Shown: piece after piece, positions 52,701 to 62,621 of the stretch
How the letters are laid out: each line of letters opens with the position of its first letter
Numbering within the stretch: position 1 is the stretch's first letter
From: Amoeboaphelidium protococcarum X5
Taxonomy: Eukaryota; Fungi; Aphelidiomycota
DNA: 64,000 nt
Assembly (NCBI GenBank): GCA_023515725.1
Contig: JALDTO010000098.1
Location: 894,164 to 958,163 of the forward strand
Direction of reading: 5' to 3'
Translations under genes and position numbers: made by a program
The notes under the pieces: generated by a model
Database searches by the model: none
Told to the model about the DNA's origin: nothing
What the model saw: the letters and a program-made list of their open reading frames with translations, nothing else

Positions 52701-52958
52701 AGTCTCCTGCATAAATCGCTCAACAACATGCCTCACTGCCTTGTGTCTGATGTAATATCCGCGATTGATAAGAGGTGCGCGCCTTGGAATCTTGACATTT
52801 GATTTCTACGCTACAGCAGTCAGAAACTAATTGAATATCTTCCCATCCCGGTCATAATCACTAACGTAGCCAAGCTTGTACATGGACGCTTTGCTCATAA
52901 TACTACTATTATTCGTTGCCTAAACTGCCAAATCATTTTAACCTTAATCTTCACTCAT
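49800..52958 (-). CDS. TYW4: tRNA wybutosine-synthesizing protein 4 (LCM methyltransferase + Kelch repeats) fused to a JmjC domain
   Basis: AVQATNNSSIMSK, RRAPLINRGYYIR, INLGCGYDA, PTLIISECVLTY, FFDEHEEW...HYF, Kelch repeats (RWGHSAC, LHSCAM), JmjC (SSVLRISS...WPHFDIMDN, LEPGDVLYIPSLWIH, KDLYGNNDL). Confidence 0.9.
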
Positions 52959-53208
52959 TATACCGCGTTATTTTTAGTTTTGATATATATATATTGAATT
53001 TGATCAAATCCTTATGCGTTCTTAATTCCTTTTTTTATTGACGCGCTTCGTTCTGTAGACTCTCACATCAAGTAGTTTACTTGCGTGTTCTTATTCTCTC
53101 TACTTCAAAGTGCCTTCGTCTTTTCTTTCTAGTGCCAATTCGAGCGCGCGTCGTCGTTTTTGTTTCTCCTGTTGGCTGTATTGTTGAAAGAATTTTATGC
53201 AACTGGAT

Positions 53209-53226
53209 AGAGAGAGAGAGAGAGAG
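53209..53226. repeat. (AG)n microsatellite abutting the BRE1 start codon
   Basis: agagagagagagagagag immediately 5' of the ATG at 53227. Confidence 0.8.
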
Positions 53227-55489
53227 ATGAGTAAACGGCCCAAGACTGAGATGTAGTAGGATGATTCTACAGCTATGAATAATCCTCTAGATGATGAAAA
53301 TGTAAATATTTGTATTCTACTTATTTTTTTATACAATACTTTTTATGTGTGTAGTTTATTGAGTAATATGCTAAAGAAGCCATCTATCGGTAATTAGTAC
53401 TGGCTCAACGATAGAATGATGATCTTTAGCAGTCCATTGGCCGTCTGGATGAGGATAAATAGCAGTTGCAGGAATAGTTGTCGCATGCGTATGCATTATA
53501 CAAAGCTGTAAGGTTATTCTTTCTATTTCACTCGTGTCATATCTGATGATCGTATGTGTCAATTCTTTGTAGGTGGAAAATGATTTGGATCTTTTGCTTA
53601 AACGCGTCCCTGCCTTAAACTCTGCCTCCTCTCTGTCTAATGGTGACCATGATATGGATGTAGATTCTTTTTAATTATCTGCAGACTCTGTGAATGTCAT
53701 CATAGATTAATAGTGGTCGCAGCGATAGTCTAAATAAATCAAGCTTGTAATGAACAGATTGACTGATATTCTAAATGACAAGATTCCATTAAATGAATTT
53801 GAAGATCTGTAGTAGTTGAAGTAACTATAAGTCAGTCTCAAAGAGTATTAGCAGAAATGTCATGATCTCAATTTGGAGAATTAAAGAGTAAATATGATGG
53901 CGTCTTAGTACGCAAAGTAGTAAGAGAAGTGTCAACTGTAAATTGAAGAGCTTTAGAATGGCATTTCTAAACTTCGTATGGATCTTAAGAGAGAGAAGAG
54001 TACTACAGTTTAGCAGTATAGATAAAGTGTTTTATAATCATCTGCATCTGCTCCGAGTCAATCAGAAGAATCTCCTGCAGTTGATCAATCTTAAGCTCAG
54101 AGTTAACAGAGTAAAACTGGAGCGATACCTGAAAATCTCTCTGATGATAGTCTTTAATATGTTCAAATAAATGAGAAGTTGTAGACTGAAATTGGCCGTT
54201 TAAAAGTTATTTTAGATGTAAAGCTTAAGGAATCAGAAGAAATGAATTGGTATCGTGACAAGTTGGAAAGGGAGATTAGTCGGTTATCCGGATAGATGGC
54301 GAGTATTCCTGAAGATATCATCACTTCGCATGGTGTATATTAGTAGATGTAGTAGGAGTTGAATTATTTTAAATCTGAATATAAGAGATTTGAATCCAGT
54401 ATTAAAGAGATGAAGACTCAACTACAAGCATAAGAAGAGCAGTACAAGATTGATATTGAATAGCTCAAGTCTGACGCGGAATCTCGTTAGTCGACTCTTT
54501 AATCTGATCTGAAGAATCTCAACTCTGACCTTAATAGAATTAGGAATATCCGGGATAAACTTTAGAATTCTCTTACATTGGATTAGACTAAATTGAAGTC
54601 TGAAGTTGAGGCTCGTAACGCATTGAAAGTGCTAATAGAGGCGGTGTAGAAATAATTACAATCTTTGAAGGATGGCGTGGATGACAAGGATTTTTTTGAT
54701 AAATAATAGAGTCAGCTGTCAGAGTTGACCGAGTTGATGTCTAAGAAGGATGAGTAAATCACCAAGATGATTTTGGATAAATCTAAGGTTGACCAGAAGA
54801 TTGCAGCTCTTATACGCGAGAAGGATGCCAATTATAACAAGTCTATCGCTCTTAGTAAATAGGCACAAAAGTCGGATGACCTGATTAAAAAGTTGGAAGC
54901 TGATAATTAGACTAAAGCTGAACTAATTGCCGCTCTTGAGAAGGAGATTTCTGAGTTGAAAGAGCTCTCTGCTGTTCATTAGAAGAAAGCATAAGAGAGT
55001 TAGCTACTTGTAGATGCTTTGACTGCGCGGTAGGAGAAATTTGCTTCTACTTAGCATGATGTTCAACTTTAAGTGGATGAGAAGGACAAGTTGATTAGTT
55101 AGCTTCGGAATCAAATTTCGTTGAAAGACGAGAAAGTGGCAGAGTTATAAAATGATATTAGTTAGCATCAACGGAGGATGAAGTCGTCATTTCTATCGCA
55201 GCTGTATGACTCTGGTTCCGGTGATGGTAAGTCGTCCTCAGGTGGTAAGTAATCTGCTCAAGGAGAATCAGTCGCCGTAGATAAAGACTAACTTGAGATG
55301 CTGCAAGGCTATAAAAAGATTGCCACGTGCTCCATATGCAATTTTAGACTCAAGAATATGACTCTTGCAAAGTGTATGCACTGCTTTTGTAACGAGTGTA
55401 TCACACAGCGGCATGATTCTCGTCAGCGGAAATGTCCTCAGTGTGGTGTTGCTTTTGGATTGAATGACATGAAGCAGATTTACATTTGA
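53227..55489 (+). CDS. BRE1: E3 ubiquitin ligase Bre1 (H2B monoubiquitination)
   Basis: KEAIYRQL N-terminal motif, long coiled coil (DLNRIRNIRD), C-terminal RING CSIC...KCMHCFCNEC...SRQRKCPQCG. Introns 53302-53354 and 53508-53572. Confidence 0.88.
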
Positions 55490-56559
55490 TTCTTTTGTGC
55501 TATTGGCGTTAATTATCACATTGTGGAGGGTGAAGTATCATTTAGACTGAGTATAGTAGTATTGCAATTTTGATATTAATGCTTGACTTTACTTGTTTTT
55601 GACTTTATCTACTATAGTTGTCTACTACAATGCAGAATTAGAAGATGTCCGCTGATTACAGACAGAGGAGTGCAGCTTGTGTTTTGATGACTGTTCTAAG
55701 GGCCTGTAGCTCTGTACTGAGTAGAACTGTTGAGAATCACTCTGTAAAAAGCATCTACCTCTCCACCCTGGCATCACCGATGCTCTGGGATGATTCATTT
55801 CGCTAAACAATATCTATTTCTAGAGTTTTCAAGTGCGTTGAAGTTTACTACTGTAATCCGATTACTGCGCACGCCCGTGAGTGACTACAATCGCTGTGGC
55901 CGCTCACACTTGTGATGCGGAAATATTTTCCTAGAGAGTTGCTCTTTGGCCTCAATTTTACTTTCAATTGATTGAGGGGGTTCGAATATACTGTTACAGC
56001 GTGATTTAATGCAACCAGATCTTATTTTATCGCGGCCTGGTTGTGCATCACACTTTGTGATATGTTTCGCCACAGTACATCACAAGTTGCGATTTATGGG
56101 CAAATACTCTGCGAGTCGCAATACTCTTTTCTGCTAGTCTTATATGATAGCGGATTATCCAATATACTCGTAAATTTTTTCAGTTCCCGCTCATAAAGCG
56201 TGGTCTCCCAATTTGCTTAAAACCACTCAGTCAACCCGACTCCTTGTAACGACGCAGCGACTCAGCACATAACTTTCTACCAGGTGAAGTGTTTCGTATC
56301 TCCCCTCACTTCCCAGATGCTATTATCAGCCCTGTCTCAATTGTCACACAAGTAGTTAACCAGAATACGCAGAGAGCATCACAAATCATATGAAATCGAA
56401 GAGCCCACTTGTAGTACAACGCAGCATATTACTTTCATCCATTGGCGGCTTTTCCGTTTGGTCGAGGCGAGCATGTGTAAGTTCCATTCGTTAGTTGGTG
56501 AGATTTTTTACCCATTAAAGAAACCACAACTTGACCCCTTTTTAATGTCAATTTTTTAA

Positions 56560-57483
56560 ATGACTGGCATTCTACATTGTTCATTGTTATCAGCGTTACT
56601 TGTAGTGAATTTATATATTTTTGTTCCTCGATCAATAAGGTACTTGCGCAGGGATGATTTACGTGTTGTAAGGTATAGATTGCTCGCTGCAGTGTTAACT
56701 TGCTTCTTATGTATTATATCTATCGCTTACCATGATGCTTATATCAGCATGAATTCCTACTTTATGAGTACGCTTATAAGTCCGTAATAGCTGAGTCTAA
56801 ATTTAAGAGCTGTGTTCGTAGCAATCAGTCTTGTCTTGGGTCCTGTTATAGTGCAAATTCTTTACTATGGCTCGGTGGTGTAATACTTGAAGGCGCAGAT
56901 TGAATTTGAATAATCTTGGCTCTTGATTTTGCGTAATTTTGTTATAGCTCCGGCTGTGGAAGAGTTCATTTACAGAGTTTGTATCACGTACCTGTTGCAG
57001 CGTGATGGTTTTAATGATGCCTAGATTATACTCCTGGCTCCTCAGTTCTTTGGTTTTTGTAAGTTAAGACTTCCGCTATACAGTATATCATGCATATGAT
57101 GTGTCTCACCTTGGAAATGTGTGTAGCTCATCTTCATCACTTGTTTGGAAAGTTAAAAGTTGCAAAATCGCGTTCTGAAGCTATTAATGCAGTACTTGGT
57201 ACTTTGTTGTAGTATGTGTATACCTCTGTATTTGGAATTATTGTTTCGTAATTGTATTTGCGCACCTAGTCGTTTCTAACAGTTTGCGTTGTGCATTCCA
57301 TATACAACATGATCGGATTCCCTGATATACACAGCGATTTAATAGCTGAGCGGGAATAACGCGTTAGAAGTATGACTTTCACCTTTTGAACTCTTAACTT
57401 TAATGTTTTATCCTATTTGTGTAGATTGGGTGTTGTATATTATGGGTATTGCCGTGTTTTCACTGTACATTCAACATGTCTGA
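56560..57483 (+). CDS. RCE1: CAAX prenyl protease 2
   Basis: RRDDLRVVRYR, RNFVIAPAVEEFIYR, APQFFGFSHLHH, QYVYTSVFG, HSIYNMIGFPD. Introns 57059-57126 and 57370-57424. Confidence 0.9.
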
Positions 57484-57673
57484 CTCTATGTGTGAACTCT
57501 AACTGCTTTTTTCACCTATGAGTACATGATGATGATGATAATGATAATGAACAGAAAAAAACAATATCCATATATTCTATATTTATTATCTATCTAATCC
57601 AAAGTCATATCACGAATATATAAATATAGAGTCATCATTATACCATCAGTATATAATGTGAATGAAATTTAAT

Positions 57674-59095
57674 TCACATAAAGTATCTATGATCCGCATC
57701 CACTTCCACTTACGAATCAGTATCCATGTCCATCAATTCTGATATGTCATCCATAGAACTAGTAAGGCGGCTGTCCAATTTAAAGCGTAATCTTAATCTG
57801 CGTTATTGCTCCTAATCAGAGTTTGTTCTACTTAGGGAACTATGACTTGAATCTAACGAATCCCCTCTGATAGCATCGAATCGGTGAGTAGAGCCACTCA
57901 GACCACCAACACTGAATTCACGATGAACCTAGCTCAAATCACCAATTGGAATAATCTGCTGACATTGACTTTGTGAATGTGCTTAAGCAAAGAATGGATG
58001 ATTATACAAATACGCCCACTATAGAGGACGCTTATCAAACACTTTCTAATTCATGATGGCCTCTCGAATGCACTAATTCCTGTAGTCGTTATCAAGAGCA
58101 CCCCTGAGTGTGAAAACGTTATATTCATCACCAACAATGCATGCGCCATACAATTGGCTATCAGAGATACTAAGCACAATTTCAGCCAGACTTTAAAATA
58201 ATGAAAAGTAGATTCGATGCGCCGGATCATCAGCCAACTCCATCCATTGATCATAGCTGATGGAATAGATCATGGCCAACATTGCAAATCTAGCATTGAA
58301 ATCTTTAGGCAATTCCTTCATTGAATGAGCTGAATTGGACGCGACAATCTTTTTATTCATCTAAATCTGACTATCTCCGAAATCAATAATCTTGGCCATA
58401 CGATTATCAGTTAGATCTGCCGGAATCAGAATATCAGTGAAGGTGATTAAGTGAAAGCATTTGGTTCCACTATTAGCCACGAAAGGTGATGGCGCTTCTC
58501 CACCCTGTCCAGAGGGTAGAATTTTAGTCATCAGATTGCGTGGATTCATATCGGCTTACACAAATCTTAGGTGATGATACGCAACGTCAAAGGCAGCAAA
58601 GAGTTGGAGCAGCATTGAGGACATGGCAGGCAACACACGCCAAATATCTAACTGTTCAAAATAATCTTGCATAGAGCCATCAAGGTACTCCATCATCGCA
58701 TACATACCATTCTACACGGGGCCCAGTCTTGTCGGTCTCTAACAGATAAATGTATCGAGCAGCGCCACAAAATTCGGCGTGAGATCACGTAAACGCGTCA
58801 GCTCAAAATTGATCAGGATTTCATGCTAGAAACTGTACCGTTTATAATCATCATCATTATTGTTATTGCCATTACCATATTGTACAGAGTTCACCTTTAA
58901 CGCATATTAATCCCCCACTTTGTAGGTGCGGCCATACGTGCCAGAGCCAATGTACTTGACTCTGTTAGACACCAGAACAGAGCGAAGGGCAGCGCAATCC
59001 TTGAATTTAAGGGCGTTAGTCGCGTATGTGAAAATGCCAGCATTGAATGCAATTACAGCCAGAAACGCGTAAAGCAATGTCAAATAGCTTTTCAT
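57674..59095 (-). CDS. Signal-peptide-bearing atypical Ser/Thr protein kinase, paralog A (473 aa)
   Basis: Signal peptide MKSYLTLLYAFLAVIAFNAGIFTYATNA, then IGSGTYGRTY, ALKV, FQHEIL, MMEYLDGS, FVQADMNPRN, KIIDFG, KDFNARFA. Intronless. Confidence 0.85.
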
Positions 59096-59512
59096 CCCAC
59101 CCGATCAGCTTTCTCTATACTATCTTCTATATCGTATACTTTGGAATAAGCTGGTATGGGAAAAGAAGAAATTGCTTACTAATTAGGTGATTGCGGCTCG
59201 ATGATGTGTGACACGATTTTTCAATCTCAGCCCAATTGCATCACACGGCATGTGAAACCACGCGTGGCCCTTAATCTTGAGTCACAGTGTCGATCCATCA
59301 AAGCATCATAGTTGCAATCTTATGAAAATTCACGCGTACATTAACATCTCACGTTCAGTAATAATAATAATTTAAAGAAGATAAAAGTTATAGTTTATTT
59401 GACCTAATAAGAATTTTTATAAATCGCTCATAATACAGACTACTAAGAAATTACGCCACATAGCATTAAGACCAGAGTGTATAGTCGGAGAGCGAGAGAG
59501 AGCATGATGGAA

Positions 59513-60643
59513 TCATTAATTCATTTCTCCATAGTTGTTGTTATTGTGGCCATAAATATTTGCGTAAGGTATCACTTGAGCATCATTTATGTATTTATCA
59601 TGAGAACGCAGTTCTGAAAAGATTGCCTTATTAAATAGTTTAGTCCAGCTCAAAGATTGATAGAGCGGTTGATCCAGAAGAGTTTCGCGCACACAAGCTT
59701 GTTTCATTTCATTCTATTGAATCGAGGATACAAAAGATATAAGATTATCGGCGGACATCCAGCAAGACTTATAAGCTTTCATGTGATATTGCAAAACGTA
59801 CTTTGCAATATCATCCAATTTTTGATACTATTCAGAAGCGGTTTGTCGCAATGACAGTAACGTGTCAATAGGAAGCACTGATAGCACTGCGAAAACTGCG
59901 AATCTAGCATTGACATCTTGATGATAAATCTCTGAATTCCAGAGTTTGCCAGATTAGATAATTTTGCCATCATGGATAATTTACGCGTGCCCAAAATCAA
60001 TCAGCTTTACCATTTACCAATTAGATGCTGAGAGTGGAATGAGGAAGGAGTCGACATCCGAGACTACGATTGACAGGCTATCAAAATGCAGTCGACGATC
60101 ATACGCGCTTTTTATCATCAAATTGGCGGGATTAGTGTCCAGCATTATAAAACCTGTCAGTTGGTGGGCCACATACAATGTAGATAGAATTTGCAACAGG
60201 AATGATCGGGATGTTTCAAAGACTTGAAACTACGCCGACAATGTAGTCATGTAAGACACCATTGACTTATCCAGTTTCTCCATCTAAAGATAATACTTCG
60301 ATTCAGAAGGAAGAACTATTGGTGTAGCTGGACAATACATCGCATAGTAAAATTATACCACGCCACGAATATATCCGGCATCGAGCAGATTAGACAATTC
60401 ATGAGAAATGAGCACCTCTTTCTCTATCTACGCGCCAGCCAACTCCGAGCTTGGGGTCTTTATAACTGTGCCATCCGATATCTAGTATACTCTTGCGTAG
60501 CTGCCGGACGTCAAATATCTGATGAAGCGTCGACTCTGTAGGTATTCGGCAAAGCCTTTGCACCTTTACAGTTCATTGTTGTTCGCGTTCACCGAATTCA
60601 TCACGAGCAAGCACGACATGATGAGCTGATACCAGAGCAACAT
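59513..60643 (-). CDS. Signal-peptide-bearing atypical Ser/Thr protein kinase, paralog B (376 aa)
   Basis: Signal peptide MLLWYQLIMSCLLVMNSVNA, then LTSGSYARVY, VIKT, IEKEVLI, QMEKLDKS, FIMLDTNPAN, KLIDFG, QDVNARFA. Intronless; ends TAA-TGA. Confidence 0.83.
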
Positions 60644-61528
60644 ATTAATAATGTCGAATTGATATTAAAAGTTGAGAAAAAGCTAAATATATTTTAATGG
60701 GAAAGTTATAATTTTCCGTGGATTCAGGGGCACATGTTACACTACTTTCAGGTGAATGTAACAGCATGACCGTAACTCGAAACACGAATTTTTGGGTCAT
60801 TCTTTTCGATGATATAAGACATACTCACAGTGATTTGATTTGTACCAAACTATATACAAAATTAAATGTTATTTTTGGATATAAACAGTGTGTTGTAAGT
60901 TATTTGATTTCAATTTTACTTCGTAACTTAGCTGTTGTGTGGGTGGCGCAGTACCAATTTACCGACTCTACCATTCTTTTATGATGCCCCTGGTCTTTTT
61001 CTTAGCGCGACTCACGGTTGTGGCAAACGGAAGCAATTCTGAGGTTTTCATAGATGACTCAAATAATTTAGTATGATACTTAATGGGAAAGCGTATCAGT
61101 ATTGAATCTAAGAATATTTGGAAACTAGGAACCGATGTACGCGATGTTTTCAGCATTGGAATGACTGTCTTTATTGAAAAGTCTCGCATCATTTGACATT
61201 GTTGACTAGCTAACACGATATTGATGTTTCATAAATGCCGATGAGCAATTTACAAGTTTAGAATTAATGTATAACAAGTGTTGTTTTGAGCAGAGAGTTC
61301 AGACTATAGCGTGCGATCGCCATCGCCGTGGCTCCGTCCGCTAAACAATACCGAAACGAATGAACAGCAGCGAAAGAATGAACCGCGAGAAAAGAAAGAC
61401 CTTGACCCAAATCGCCAAAACTTTTAAAGAGAGAGCGGCTCGTTGGTACGATTTCGTCATTATTTTGCTCAGTATCACAGCTTTGTTTCTACTGACAATA
61501 TATCACACAGCTACCACTTGAATCTATA

Positions 61529-62534
61529 ATGTTTCGCGGTGCATCTAGTAGAGCTTATTCGCGTGGTGCTGGCGGCTTTAGAAATTTTAGTTCTGCAAAC
61601 TTTGGCAAGTCATTCAGATAGCAATATCAGTCATCATCATCATCCTCATCCCACAGGAAATACTCATCATTTGCTCAGTATGCCAAAGCTGCAGGATTTG
61701 ATTTTAAGCCGTCTGCCAGCGGAAAGTTCACTTACTAAGCCAAGACTACTTTCGCGTCGATAGAACGCGCTGCTGCCAAGAGAGCTGTCGGTATTGGTAA
61801 GATTAAATTCTACTCGTTGATATTGATATGATAACGCGTCGATATTTATATCTTCGCATGGTATGTGTGTAGCATTAGCCTCCAAGTTGCCTCTCTTAAT
61901 GTCGGCCGCAATGAACGGCCCAGGTCTCTTCTTATCCGAGTTGGACACCGGTGATGAAGAACTTGATGATGAATGTATGTCTTTAAGTACTGTAATTTTT
62001 ATAGCGATTCATTCTTTTGTATGTCGTGCCTCTGGCCATTTGAGACGTGCATTGGATAGTGTATTTCTGATAATGGTAAGTTTTGTTAATGCTCTGTGAT
62101 TGTATAATCTGACCGCGCGTTTGTAGTAGCATTTAAAATGCATCCAGCGAGAATTACATTATGTAGTAGGCGGGATACGCTTAACAGTATTAGAAGTACT
62201 ATTGCTATCTAGGGCTTTGAAATGTCATGATTTAAATCTGGCAGCCATTTGAGTCTATCATTAACCAACTCTTAGTGGATGGAATTCTGGCGGCCCTGTT
62301 TGGTGGTCGCATCCCGGAGAAGAGTGTGGAGATAGATTGCTTGTCGAAGTTGGGTGTGTGTGTGGTTGATAAAAGTCTTTATCAGTTGATTTTGTTGTTA
62401 GTCACAGATGATCTTTACAATAATATACGCGTTTTATTTTACTATCTTTTGTATTTGTTTATTCTGTAGATGACCGAGGATTTTCTGCGATCTTCTAATT
62501 TTAGATCACTTCCGCTCCTCTTAGAATTGAGTGA
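61529..62534 (+). CDS. Hypothetical multi-exon protein with a mitochondrial-presequence-like N-terminus; 3' exon structure uncertain
   Basis: MFRGASSRAYSRGAGGFRNFSSANFGKSFR... (R/S-rich, no acidic residues), intron about 61797-61872 ending TGTAG, then ALASKLPLLMSAAMNGPGLFLSELDTGDEELDDE. Further donors and acceptors occur up to about 62469. Confidence 0.5.
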
Positions 62535-62621
62535 TTTTCTATCGCTTTTTTCAGATTTTTACCTTCAAGTCCTATTCAGTCTGTATGATTGATTGATTGA
62601 ATGCTTGGAGAGTAAATATAA

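Noticed and set aside
62020-62160. Possible intronic TPP riboswitch (TGAGA ... CCAGCGA)
   Set aside because: The spacing and the conserved CTGAGA and GAACTTGAT/GATAAT elements do not fit, and the host gene is not a recognisable thiamine gene.
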